Assembly: GCA_040876345.1 (NCBI GenBank)
Contig: JBBDPM010000006.1
Span: 328,547-392,546 of the forward strand
DNA: 64,000 nucleotides
From: Candidatus Woykebacteria bacterium
GTDB lineage: Bacteria > Patescibacteriota > Microgenomatia > Woykebacterales > RBG-16-39-9b
Direction of reading: 5' to 3'
Part shown: positions 49,207-58,441 of the stretch, one piece after another
Layout of the letters: each line of letters begins with the position of its first letter
Position numbering within the stretch: the first letter of the stretch is position 1
The notes under the pieces: generated by a model
Told to the model about the DNA's origin: nothing
The model's database searches: none
The model's input: the letters and a program-made list of their open reading frames with translations, nothing else
Position numbers and translations under genes: made by a program

Positions 49207-50196
49207 TTAAACTAGCTTCATCTCTTTTTTGACTAATTTGAGAGTTTCTTGAGCTTCAATTTTAGCTTTTTTATTTCCTTCTTCGAGGATTTTTTCTACC
49301 AAGCCAGACTCTTTTTCAAACTCAGTACGTCGGCCTCGGATCGGCCCCAAAAAGTCATTAAGAACTTTCACCAGAAACTTCTTAACCTCCACATCCCCCA
49401 CTTTACCTTTTTCGTACTTTTCCTTGTAACTTGTTACCTGATCCTTATCACTATCAGACGCGAAAGCGTCGAGATAAATAAAAACCGGGTTTCCCTCCAC
49501 ATGCCCAGGATCTGTTGAATGAATCCGGGTAGGATCTGTATACATATTCATTACTTTTTCCTGGACTGATCTTTCGTCATCACTCAGGAAAATAGCGTTA
49601 CCAAGAGATTTACTCATCTTTGCTTTTCCATCAACTCCAGTAAGCACACCAATTTCCTTTGGTATCAAAGATTCAGGAATTGGAAAAACTTCCCCATAGG
49701 CTGCATTGAACCGTTCTGCAAGCTCACGAGTCAGCTCAATATGACTTGCTTGATCCTTACCTACTGGAACTAGATTCGCTCTCACTATTAAAATGTCTGC
49801 TGACTGAAGAACTGGGTACGCCAGCAGCCCAAGAGAGAGGTTTTCTATTTTCAAATCCCGCAGTATATCTTTCAGAGTGGGAATTCGCTCAAGGCGTGAT
49901 TTTGAGGCTAGCATTGACAAAACTATTGCCAATTCCTGATCCTCTGGGACAGCGCTTTGAACGAAAAAAGTTGCCTTTTTAGGGTCAATACCAACTGATA
50001 GCTGATCTAGCACCAAATCTTTTATATTTTGCTGGATTTCAGATGTGTCTGTATTTGTCGTCAGAGCATGTAAATCCGCCACAAGAAGAAATACTTCATA
50101 TTCATCCTGAAGCTCTAATCGGTTTTTTAGTGAGCCTACGTAGTGGCCTAAATGTAACTTACCTGTAGGACGGTCACCCGTTAAGATTCTTTTCAT
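49207..50196 (-). CDS. trpS: Tryptophan--tRNA ligase
   Basis: HIGH-type GHYVG and KMSKS motifs. 329 aa. Confidence 0.9.
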   Translation of the reverse strand: MKRILTGDRPTGKLHLGHYVGSLKNRLELQDEYEVFLLVADLHALTTNTDTSEIQQNIKDLVLDQLSVGIDPKKATFFVQSAVPEDQELAIVLSMLASKSRLERIPTLKDILRDLKIENLSLGLLAYPVLQSADILIVRANLVPVGKDQASHIELTRELAERFNAAYGEVFPIPESLIPKEIGVLTGVDGKAKMSKSLGNAIFLSDDERSVQEKVMNMYTDPTRIHSTDPGHVEGNPVFIYLDAFASDSDKDQVTSYKEKYEKGKVGDVEVKKFLVKVLNDFLGPIRGRRTEFEKESGLVEKILEEGNKKAKIEAQETLKLVKKEMKLV

Positions 50197-50600
50197 GGTT
50201 CGATCCTTTCGATACCTTCAATCTTATCAAATTCCTTATCAAAAGATACAATCCTAGAAAGCTTGAGACTTTCCATTAAAACAGCGTGGTAGGCATCAGC
50301 AAAAGGAAGGTTTTGCTCTACATATAAATCAAACACGCTACGGAGTCGCATTTTGGCTGGCAGAATAACTCCATGTAGATCAATCAAGGGAAGAAGATTG
50401 TCACGAATAGCTGCTTTCGGATAACCGTAATGCCTTTGAAGAGTAAAGACAGTTTCAAATATAACTGTATCGGAAACCCTAACTTTCACCTCACCTTGTT
50501 CAACACTTAAAAGATAGGCGGTGGCTCTTGGTGATTGAACTGAGTGGTCGCCCAGCAGATGGCGGAGAAAAATGTTCGTATCTAGAAATTCAAGCTTCAC
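50193..50600 (-). CDS. vapC: PIN-domain toxin VapC
   Basis: 135 aa. N-terminal LDTNIFL acidic motif. 4-nt overlap with trpS and directly abuts the antitoxin gene. Confidence 0.7.
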   Translation of the reverse strand: MKLEFLDTNIFLRHLLGDHSVQSPRATAYLLSVEQGEVKVRVSDTVIFETVFTLQRHYGYPKAAIRDNLLPLIDLHGVILPAKMRLRSVFDLYVEQNLPFADAYHAVLMESLKLSRIVSFDKEFDKIEGIERIEP

Positions 50601-50864
50601 TTAGTCTCCCACCCGTTGCCTGGCTTCTTCGGCAATAGCCTTTTCGGCTGATTCGCGTAACTTCTCTACGGTAAGTGGTGTCCCAAGGCCTTTGAATACT
50701 CCAGCAGTACGTTTAACTGGGCTATCCGCACGGACGAAACGGGCTTGGGCTTTATCTACCACTACAGCAACTTTATCGCCCCGCTTAAGTCCTAAAGCCT
50801 TACGTACTGGCGCAGGAATAGTCATTTGCCCTTTTCTGGTAACCACACTTAAATGCTCTTTCAT
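50601..50864 (-). CDS. vapB: AbrB/MazE-type antitoxin (VapB-like)
   Basis: 87 aa. MTIPAPVRKALGLKRGDKVAVVV SpoVT/AbrB swapped-hairpin motif. Confidence 0.65.
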   Translation of the reverse strand: MKEHLSVVTRKGQMTIPAPVRKALGLKRGDKVAVVVDKAQARFVRADSPVKRTAGVFKGLGTPLTVEKLRESAEKAIAEEARQRVGD

Positions 50865-50924
50865 AATGCACTACAAATATATAATTGGTAGTGCGTTTTG
50901 TCAAATATGCTAGAATGTGGCCGA

Positions 50925-50968
50925 GGGGGCGACAAGCGGACTTCGCCGAATGCAAGTCGCCCCCTCAA
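50925..50968 (-). terminator. Strong GC hairpin downstream of the three-gene Cys-rich operon
   Basis: GAGGGGGCGAC...GTCGCCCCCTC, an 11-bp perfect stem between 50986 and vapB. No clear U-tract. Confidence 0.4.
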
Positions 50969-50985
50969 ACCTCTCTCCGGCTAGA

Positions 50986-51510
50986 TCATGGCCAATTCTC
51001 TCCTTCCTGATACCAGCCAACGACCCTTCTAAGTCCACAGTCCTTGCAAACTTCAGTCTTCAAGGTTGCCGAACGGCTGCGAACGTCGAGGGCTCGGTAG
51101 AATTTCTTGTGACCGCACGCCAACTCCTCTAAACGCCCTTGTAGAGTGGAGTCGAACTGAACCCGCTCTCCAAGTTTGAGGCCTCCAAGGTGCGACATGT
51201 TTTCATGTAACGGCCGTGAAAAAAACCTAGCTCCTTCGACCTGCTCCCAGAAAAGCGCTCTGCCACGCTCAAGGGATGGGTTACCAGCCATAACCCCACT
51301 CAGAAGCCGGGCTTCGGTTTCTCTCCCGCCGATGGACTTCCACTTGTTATCGAGAGCCCATTTCATCTTTTCGATAAACCCTCGACTAGCTTTCCACAAA
51401 GCTATCTGTGGGTGCCTCGCTTTCACTGCCTGGGTGTAGACCAGCTTACCAGGGCTCCCATCGAATGTAGGAACATCCCAGGTAACCAAGTACCACTCTT
51501 TCCGACTCAT
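50986..51510 (-). CDS. Hypothetical protein (175 aa from the Shine-Dalgarno-led Met), C-terminal CxxC pair
   Basis: AAGGAG Shine-Dalgarno before MSRKEWYLVTWDVP. ACGHKKF...CKDCG motifs. Elevated GC. Confidence 0.4.
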   Translation of the reverse strand: MSRKEWYLVTWDVPTFDGSPGKLVYTQAVKARHPQIALWKASRGFIEKMKWALDNKWKSIGGRETEARLLSGVMAGNPSLERGRALFWEQVEGARFFSRPLHENMSHLGGLKLGERVQFDSTLQGRLEELACGHKKFYRALDVRSRSATLKTEVCKDCGLRRVVGWYQEGENWP

Positions 51511-51567
51511 CTTCCCTTCACTCCTTTCGTTTTTTCCCTGCTCACCCGCGCACATCTCAGACCTTTG

Positions 51568-52017
51568 TTAGAACCCTTCGTAGTCGCAGAGACACTCTAC
51601 CGGATCGCTCACAATCCTAGCCTGGTTACCACAATCGATGCACAGGAGGACGGTTTGATTGCGGTGCAACAGAGGCTTTCTGAGCGTCGGATCTCTTGAT
51701 CCAGTCCTGGTGTGATCGGCGCCCAGAAGTTTGCTCTGGACTTTGAGATCCCCTGGATTCGTACAGCCAACTTTATGCCACACGTACTCCAGTTCAATCG
51801 GGACCTTCACCTTCACCCCACAGCCCCTACACTTCTTCATGAGCTGGCTGATGAAGACTGTTTCTGTCACCGCCACTTCCTCAGAATCGTCCTCCCAGCC
51901 AAAGCCGGCATCGCATAGCACGCCATTTCCGACTTCGCCGTGTTTTGCTGCCGCCAGGCGTTCTTCGATCGTTCTTGGTGAACCACTCAAGTCCACCGAA
52001 CTCCCCATCCAGCTCAT
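51568..52017 (-). CDS. Cys-rich zinc-ribbon-like small protein (149 aa)
   Basis: AAGGAG Shine-Dalgarno. CRGCG and CIDCG pairs plus a C..C.C cluster. Confidence 0.45.
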   Translation of the reverse strand: MSWMGSSVDLSGSPRTIEERLAAAKHGEVGNGVLCDAGFGWEDDSEEVAVTETVFISQLMKKCRGCGVKVKVPIELEYVWHKVGCTNPGDLKVQSKLLGADHTRTGSRDPTLRKPLLHRNQTVLLCIDCGNQARIVSDPVECLCDYEGF

Positions 52018-52056
52018 CTTCCGATTTCTCCTTTCTTCAGCTTACTGTCGCGCGTA

Positions 52057-52356
52057 TCACGAGCCGCACCAGCCAATGTGTCTTGGACCGCCACAATTAA
52101 AGCATGCAAGTTTTGAAAGAACCTGGGCCTCTTGTTCACTCTGCCTTCTGGCATCTAGAAGAGCCCGAACCACCGCCAAATGAACATGGATCGTTAACCC
52201 TTCACACTCACAGCAGAGCAGAACAATGTCAGTACGAGCAAGTTCTGGTCTGTGATACTCAACAAGATGTACCTTCCCTTCTGTCGAGCAGCCCTTCTTA
52301 TGTGTAAGTGCCGACTCGATTTTGAAGTTTGCGATCACCTTAGACTCCTTTGCCAC
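52057..52356 (-). CDS. Cys-rich small protein (99 aa)
   Basis: AAGGAG Shine-Dalgarno. CCECEG and CFNCGG motifs. First gene of the minus-strand operon, divergent from the radical SAM gene. Confidence 0.45.
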   Translation of the reverse strand: MAKESKVIANFKIESALTHKKGCSTEGKVHLVEYHRPELARTDIVLLCCECEGLTIHVHLAVVRALLDARRQSEQEAQVLSKLACFNCGGPRHIGWCGS

Positions 52357-52707
52357 AAAAATAGCTCACCGTTTGGTGAGCTGTGAAGTAACTTTGTTTT
52401 TTATTTGAACTAGCTTAAAACCAAGGCACCACAAAACCCACCAACGTTAGTCGGTTTTCTTGTGACACCACTTGTGCACGCCTAGACTCGGCGAGACTTG
52501 GTTCAAGCTAGTAAGCATGAGGGTTACAAATATCATGTGGCTATACTTTTGTCAAACCGCTTTACATACATACACACGAGCACGGCCGGGACCCTTATCA
52601 TTTCCTCCACAACTAACTGATTTTTTAGCGTCTTTAGTGTAATATACTAACATAGGATCAGGGGATAACAATCGAGCACCCAATAACACGGAAGGAGGGC
52701 ACCAGAA

Positions 52708-53694
52708 ATGGGTATATTCTCAGTGTCGGGTGCTCTCAGGGGTACCCAATTCATTGCAACAAGAGGGCCACGCTACGGTACGCTCTTCGTGAACACTGGC
52801 TGTAACCGAAGGTGTGTTTACTGCGTGGTGCCTGATGAAGGTTCTGGTATCGAGCTTCCAACCGAGACTTGGTTCGAGATCATCGATAGGTTGCACAGCT
52901 GGGGAGTCCGACTCTTCGGAATTCTCGGTGGTGAGCCAACGCTACGCAAGGATCTACCAGAGATCGTTGCCTACGCTGCAAAGAGGGGGGGGGTTAACGT
53001 AACCAGTAACGGTGATACCTTTGCTGGGGCTAGAGGCCTGGTACGATTGGAGACTCTGACCGGCTCTGGTGTCAAAGTCCTCACGCTGTCACTCCATCAA
53101 GCAGAGGACTTGGACAGGCAACTGGATCTGCTAGTGACGGCAAGAAGGTTGGGAGCAATACCAGTACTCGGAGTCGTGGTCACGAGACAATCCATCGGTA
53201 CAACGGCTGATGTGATGAGGGAGACGAACTCTCGAGGAATTCTCTTCCGCTACTGTTTCGTCCAGAGCCTTGGCGGTGTATTCAGCGCACTTGATGCTCA
53301 GTTGCAACCAACCCCTGGGCAGATCGAGGATTTCACCTCGCAGGTGCTGAAGCAGAAGAAGCGGACTGGACTGATCCAAAACTCAGATCTTTACATCAAA
53401 GGCTGGGATCTCTATCCGAGGAGCTGGCACTGCGATGTGAGCACCGATCGCTGGGTGGTGGTGGACAACGAGGGCAAGCTGATGGCGTGCAGTGAATACG
53501 CAACCAGTGTTCCAGTTCTCTCGATCCAAAGTCTCAATGACGCTCGATGGGTCGAGGAAAGAACCGACAAGCGTTCAGTCTGTGCAGGATGCACCTACCA
53601 GTGCTATATTGAGGAAGAGGGATTGGGCACAAAAGACCTTGTTCGTGAGGGTATCAACATCGGACGTGGTCTTCTTCGCTCAAAACCACATTAA
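52708..53694 (+). CDS. Radical SAM enzyme with C-terminal SPASM/twitch-like Cys cluster
   Basis: GGAGG Shine-Dalgarno. CNRRCVYC (CxxxCxxC) at residues 32-39. GGEPTL SAM-binding motif. C-terminal C..C...CAGCTYQC cluster. Confidence 0.75.
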   Translation: MGIFSVSGALRGTQFIATRGPRYGTLFVNTGCNRRCVYCVVPDEGSGIELPTETWFEIIDRLHSWGVRLFGILGGEPTLRKDLPEIVAYAAKRGGVNVTSNGDTFAGARGLVRLETLTGSGVKVLTLSLHQAEDLDRQLDLLVTARRLGAIPVLGVVVTRQSIGTTADVMRETNSRGILFRYCFVQSLGGVFSALDAQLQPTPGQIEDFTSQVLKQKKRTGLIQNSDLYIKGWDLYPRSWHCDVSTDRWVVVDNEGKLMACSEYATSVPVLSIQSLNDARWVEERTDKRSVCAGCTYQCYIEEEGLGTKDLVREGINIGRGLLRSKPH

Positions 53695-53907
53695 GAATGC
53701 CAACTGCGGGAGGAAGGAGAGGCATTCTTTATATCATCAATATCTTTAGTTCAACCCTACTCTTCTTGATCAGTAGTAATACTCAAAACTCATTAAGTTT
53801 TCTTGCTCTCTATTTAATTCACTAAACACTATTTTTCCCGATAAATCTCTGCAGATTCCATAGTAAGAGTTGTAATCTGTTCGAAATCAATCGCTTCAAT
53901 GCGGCGG

Positions 53908-54768
53908 CTAAAAAGCCTCGCACCACTTCCTAACCATTGGAACCTCATCAATAACATCAGTCGCTGAGTACCAGTAGGAAACTTTTTCTTTCAACCTATC
54001 CCCGGCTAAACCAATTAAAAATGTGCCGGCGCAAGCAGCGAGAAAATTATCATTTTTAGTCATAAAGGCAGCAATCATACCAGCCAAGACATCTCCCGTT
54101 CCACCTTTTGTCATTCCCTGATTTCCAGCGTGATCCTCTTTATATTCATTTGGTCCACAAATGTAATCGACTGGGCCTTTCATAACAATCATGCAGCCAT
54201 ATTTTTTCGCCATCTCTATTGCAGCCTCTTTACTCGCCTCAACACCGAAGAAAGTTTTAAACTCACCGCTATGTGGTGTCACTACAAAGTTTTGATTAAC
54301 TACCTCTGGCTTTAAAACCTTCAGCGCATCTGCATCCAGCAGAAACTTTTTGTCTGGGTGCTTCTCAATCACTTTCTCAAGTAAAATCCTAGTTTTATCT
54401 GACGTTCCAAGTCCAGGCCCCATTAGAATAGTGTCCGATCTTTGTAAATACTTATCAAAATTTTCTTCATTAACTGGAACAAATTCTGCTAGATTCTCTT
54501 TTATTTTTTGAATAATCTTTAAATTATCTGGGGTTGAATAAACAAAAATTAGATCGACAAATTTAGAAGCTATTTTCGCTGCGTAAACTAAAGCTCCGTG
54601 GTAAAATTCTGACCCAGCAATAACAAATAGCTGCCCGTTTTCACCCTTTCGCGACGCTTCTTTGGGTTTATCCAAAGCTTTAACTTCACCAGGACCAACC
54701 CAATCGGGATCATATTTCTCATCCCAAAACTTTTTATTAGTTTCCTCGATATATTCCTTTCCAACCAT
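53908..54768 (-). CDS. nnrD: ADP/ATP-dependent NAD(P)H-hydrate dehydratase (YjeF C-terminal family)
   Basis: 286 aa. GPGLG and GGTGDVLAG motifs. Confidence 0.8.
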   Translation of the reverse strand: MVGKEYIEETNKKFWDEKYDPDWVGPGEVKALDKPKEASRKGENGQLFVIAGSEFYHGALVYAAKIASKFVDLIFVYSTPDNLKIIQKIKENLAEFVPVNEENFDKYLQRSDTILMGPGLGTSDKTRILLEKVIEKHPDKKFLLDADALKVLKPEVVNQNFVVTPHSGEFKTFFGVEASKEAAIEMAKKYGCMIVMKGPVDYICGPNEYKEDHAGNQGMTKGGTGDVLAGMIAAFMTKNDNFLAACAGTFLIGLAGDRLKEKVSYWYSATDVIDEVPMVRKWCEAF

Positions 54769-54792
54769 AACCTAATTTAATATACTACAGTT

Positions 54793-55200
54793 ATGAGGGG
54801 TTCTGCTTTAATTTCGCTACTTGCCGCTGTCTTTATACTTGTTTTACTGATCGTAACATTTAACTTCCTTCTACCTAAATACTTCCCCTTAGGAATTCTA
54901 AATTCAAACAATTCAAGTAGTGTAACCTCGCCGATAGATAAAGCAAATGTACTTTCAGATCAAGCAAACTTAACAGCAGTAGAAACTAGCTTACAAGTTT
55001 ACTTTTCAGAAAATGGTCGTTACCCAAACTCTTTGGATGAATTACGAGAAAGCGGACAACTTCAAGTCGACACTTCGAAGTACACTTATCAGACTTGTGA
55101 GGTGGAAGGCACAAAGGTAATTATTTTTAGTATTAGTTCAAATCAAGGCATCCTTTTAAACGCTGGGACACGAACAGCTACTTCGCCTAACACGTGCTGA
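54793..55200 (+). CDS. Pilin-like secreted protein (GspG-like core without canonical prepilin leader)
   Basis: N-terminal hydrophobic helix. SLQVYFSENGRYPNSLDEL resembles the pseudopilin core. No G-F-T-L-I-E motif. Confidence 0.35.
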   Translation: MRGSALISLLAAVFILVLLIVTFNFLLPKYFPLGILNSNNSSSVTSPIDKANVLSDQANLTAVETSLQVYFSENGRYPNSLDELRESGQLQVDTSKYTYQTCEVEGTKVIIFSISSNQGILLNAGTRTATSPNTC

Positions 55201-56199
55201 TTACCGATTAATTAATCCTACTCTACCCTTAATAATTTCTTTCTCAAATATTTCACCGACTATTTCCTCAATCAAATCTTGCAAAGTAATTATACCGACT
55301 GTTTTGTTGTCATCATCCTTAACAATAGCTAAGGGCACCGCCAGATTTTTAAATTTAACTAGAGTTGTGTCTACATAATCATTTTTGTTTACAAAAATCG
55401 GCTCTTTCATAATACTTGTAAGACCCTCATCGTCTCTTTCCTTATATATTTCCTTTAAAAGATCGGCGACGTCAATAGTACCGATAATATTGTCTTTGGT
55501 TCCCTGAAATACGGGGTAGCGATCATATGGATGTCTAATTATTTTAGATACGGCCTCATCGATCGTGATATTGGCGCCAAACATTACTACATCATCGACT
55601 CTGGTCATAATCTCACCAACCTTTGTCTCTTCAAAATCCAAAATCGAGTGAATCATCTCGCTTGCTTCCTTATCTAAAATTCCCTCTTCTCTCCCAACCG
55701 TTATAATTGTCCGAAGTTCCTCTGCACTCAAGAGAGCCCGCTTTTTAGATGACCTTTGAATAACGCTCGCTAATTTCTCCAAAACAAAAATTATTGGGGT
55801 AAAGATGAATATCAGAAACTCAAGAGCCGGCGCGAAACGTAGTGAGATCATTTCAGCATGTTGAAGAGCAAAGGTTTTTGGGGTTATCTCTCCAAAAACT
55901 AAAAGCACAAGAGTCATCACACCAGTGGCCACTCCAACTCCCGCATTACCAAACAAATTTATGGCAACTACAGTAGCAATTGCTGCTGCCCCAGTATTAA
56001 CAATATTAGTGCCGATTAAAATAGCAATTAAAAGCTTGTTGGGTTGCTGTTTGAGTTTGTAAAGAATCTCTGATCCTGGTTTATTTTGGTTGCGAAGAGT
56101 TTTTACCTTTAAATGGCTTAAGGAAATTGTGGCTACTTCAATCCCTGAAAAGAAAGCGGATAAAATGATAAGAACCGCTAAGAGGACAAACTCGAGCAT
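55201..56199 (-). CDS. HlyC/CorC (CNNM) family transporter-associated protein
   Basis: DUF21 membrane domain plus a CBS pair. 332 aa. Confidence 0.8.
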   Translation of the reverse strand: MLEFVLLAVLIILSAFFSGIEVATISLSHLKVKTLRNQNKPGSEILYKLKQQPNKLLIAILIGTNIVNTGAAAIATVVAINLFGNAGVGVATGVMTLVLLVFGEITPKTFALQHAEMISLRFAPALEFLIFIFTPIIFVLEKLASVIQRSSKKRALLSAEELRTIITVGREEGILDKEASEMIHSILDFEETKVGEIMTRVDDVVMFGANITIDEAVSKIIRHPYDRYPVFQGTKDNIIGTIDVADLLKEIYKERDDEGLTSIMKEPIFVNKNDYVDTTLVKFKNLAVPLAIVKDDDNKTVGIITLQDLIEEIVGEIFEKEIIKGRVGLINR

Positions 56200-56304
56200 A
56201 GTGGTAGATATAATATAGAAAAGAAAGGCTAATTTCTAGTGGGTTTAACAATGTCGCCACAAGTTTGACTTGAAGCTTGCTATCTGTTAATATACTTCAT
56301 GCGT

Positions 56305-56379
56305 CGCGGGTGGGGGGTTTAGAATCCCGGAAGGCTCATAATCTTCCTCAAGCCGGTGCGAATCCGGCACCCGCAACCA
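56305..56379 (+). tRNA. tRNA with CAU anticodon and initiator-like C1xA72 mismatch (putative tRNA-fMet, atypical T-loop)
   Basis: CGCGGGT...ACCCGCAACCA as in E. coli tRNA-fMet. Anticodon loop CTCATAA. 3-bp D-stem. T-loop TGCGAAT has G at position 55. Lacks the three consecutive G-C pairs in the anticodon stem. Confidence 0.45.
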
Positions 56380-56456
56380 CGCAAGCCCCACTTAAAATGT
56401 GGGGTTTGTGCGTTTATAAAGGGTTTGGTATTATATTCAGCGAAATCTAGCAATTT

Positions 56457-56531
56457 GCCAGGGTAGCTCAGCGGTAGAGCAGCGGACTCATAAGCCGTTG
56501 GTCGGGAGTTCGAATCTCCCCCCTGGCACCA
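56457..56531 (+). tRNA. tRNA with CAU anticodon (elongator Met or lysidine-Ile2)
   Basis: GCCAGGGTAGCTCAGCGGTAGAGC...ACTCATAAG...GGTTCGAATCC...CCTGGCACCA. G1-C72 paired. Confidence 0.8.
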
Positions 56532-56581
56532 AGGTCCTCTGTATTTGACATCCGAGAAAAACAAGGGTAAATTTAATTTAC

Positions 56582-57046
56582 ATGGATCTCTTTGAAAAAG
56601 TCCAAACTGCTCTGAAAGAACCTTTTTCCATCCCGAGTTTCTACACTCTATTTGTGACTCTCTTTATCCTCCTTATGCTACCCCTTACAGTTCTTGGAAT
56701 ATATGCTCAAAGAGGATTTTTGGCACAGGCTAAGGAAAATTGCGCTTCCCCTGCAGAGCGAACATTCACCGGAAGCTTAAACCCAAATAAAGATAGTGAG
56801 CACACTTTTGTCTTTGATGGGGGTAATTGCAGACTCACCGCTTGGGTAAATGGGGAAGGAGACGCAGATGTGTCGCTTTGGATTTATGAGCCAGATGGTA
56901 ATATTAGAGTTGTGGATGAGCACAAAGACAAAAGCTATGAATTTGTGAGTGTTGCTAGCCCTGCCAAAAAGGGTCAGTACAGAATTGCCGTAAGACAAAA
57001 GGCAGCTACCGTCTCAAGCTATTCAGTTACCGTTTCTTTCCGCTAA
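56582..57046 (+). CDS. Hypothetical membrane-anchored/secreted protein
   Basis: 154 aa with one TM helix. No motif recognised. Confidence 0.4.
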   Translation: MDLFEKVQTALKEPFSIPSFYTLFVTLFILLMLPLTVLGIYAQRGFLAQAKENCASPAERTFTGSLNPNKDSEHTFVFDGGNCRLTAWVNGEGDADVSLWIYEPDGNIRVVDEHKDKSYEFVSVASPAKKGQYRIAVRQKAATVSSYSVTVSFR

Positions 57047-57382
57047 TTTAAAGACCTTAAGCCAAAGTTGCCAGTTTGCTAAACTTTTACCCTCCACCCT
57101 CTCATTAGAAGTTTCTTTCTTTTCACCGTCAACGACGTATATAGTCTCGCCGGGTTTACTTAAACCAAGTTTATTCCTAGCCTCTTCCTCAATAAATTCT
57201 TTCGATTGTCTCTCGGCTAGCTCTTTCTTCAACCTTTTAGTATCACTAATCAGGACTTGTTCCTTGGATTTTGTCTCTGAAATCCTTTTAAGTTTGCCGT
57301 AAGAGTCCCAAATACTCTTAGAGAGGCCGAGAGCTGAAATTAACAAAACAGCGATAATCCCAAAACTAATAATCCTTCTCAT
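57023..57382 (-). CDS. FtsB/DivIC-like septum formation initiator
   Basis: 119 aa. N-terminal TM, a coiled coil, and EEEARNKLGLSKPGE matching the FtsB C-terminal consensus. Confidence 0.5.
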   Translation of the reverse strand: MRRIISFGIIAVLLISALGLSKSIWDSYGKLKRISETKSKEQVLISDTKRLKKELAERQSKEFIEEEARNKLGLSKPGETIYVVDGEKKETSNERVEGKSLANWQLWLKVFKLAERNGN

Positions 57383-57568
57383 ATGGTAATTATATAATAC
57401 TCGAATAAATGCTAATGGTAACGAATTAATTCAAATAATTGATAAAGGCCCTAGCGTAAGACATGATAATAGCTGAGAAACTAGCAGCCGCGTAGTTTCG
57501 GAGATATTAAATGGCTTATAGTCTCTTGACAAGTACTTTCCTTACCTGGTAAAATCTAGTTACTTATT

Positions 57569-58441
57569 ATGATTAAGGTTCACGATGCCCACAAAAAATT
57601 TATCGACGAGTTGCAAAAACAAAGTCGCTCTTCAGCGACTATTTTAGCTTATGGTAAGGATATTGAGCAGCTTTTAAACTTCCTTAAGGACCTGAGCAAA
57701 AACCAGGTTCACGAGGTGAATACTAAAGACCTTCAAGCCTTTATGATAAAGCTTCAAAAAGAAGGCTACACACCTAAAAGTATCTCCCGAAAAACAAATT
57801 CCACCAAAACTTTTTTTAGATTTTTAAAGCTGAATGACTATATAACCGATGATCCGGCGCTGCTTCTTGAACATCCTAAGTTTGAGATGAAACCCCCAAG
57901 AATTCTTACTAAAATGGAGTACAGGGCCCTGCGTGATGCCGCGCGAGATGACATTAGAATTTCCGCAATAATTGAACTTTTACTTCAAACTGGGATAAGA
58001 ATTGGTGAGCTTGCCAAGCTAAAAACAGCCGATGCCAACTATGCAAATAATGGCAAGGCTGGAGAGCTTCACGTACCGGCTGGAGAATCGTATCCAGAAA
58101 GAACAGTACCGTTAAACAAAGCTGCCGAAGTATCTCTAAAAAAATATTTGGATATTAGGCCGCAGACACGCGAGGATACTCTTTTCATCACTAAAACTGG
58201 CCGGCCCTTACTTGTCAGAAACATCCGGACCGCAATCGATCGATATTTTAAGCTTGCCGGTATCAAGGATGCAAAAGTAAATGATCTTCGTCACACCTTT
58301 GTTGCCCATCATCTGATGGGTGGAACATCTCTCGTTCTTGTTTCTAAGCTTGCCGGGCACAAGAGACTGGCTACCACCGAGAAATACTTAAATCTTATCC
58401 AAGGAAGGCTTGAGGAACCAATAAAACTAAACGAACTTTAA
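57569..58441 (+). CDS. xerC: Tyrosine recombinase XerC/XerD (native, AT-rich)
   Basis: 290 aa. R..H..R..Y catalytic residues (RHTFVAHHL, TEKYLN). Confidence 0.8.
   Translation: MIKVHDAHKKFIDELQKQSRSSATILAYGKDIEQLLNFLKDLSKNQVHEVNTKDLQAFMIKLQKEGYTPKSISRKTNSTKTFFRFLKLNDYITDDPALLLEHPKFEMKPPRILTKMEYRALRDAARDDIRISAIIELLLQTGIRIGELAKLKTADANYANNGKAGELHVPAGESYPERTVPLNKAAEVSLKKYLDIRPQTREDTLFITKTGRPLLVRNIRTAIDRYFKLAGIKDAKVNDLRHTFVAHHLMGGTSLVLVSKLAGHKRLATTEKYLNLIQGRLEEPIKLNEL

Noticed and set aside
56319-56564. 81-aa minus-strand ORF
   Set aside because: Overlaps two plus-strand tRNA genes and is an antisense artefact.
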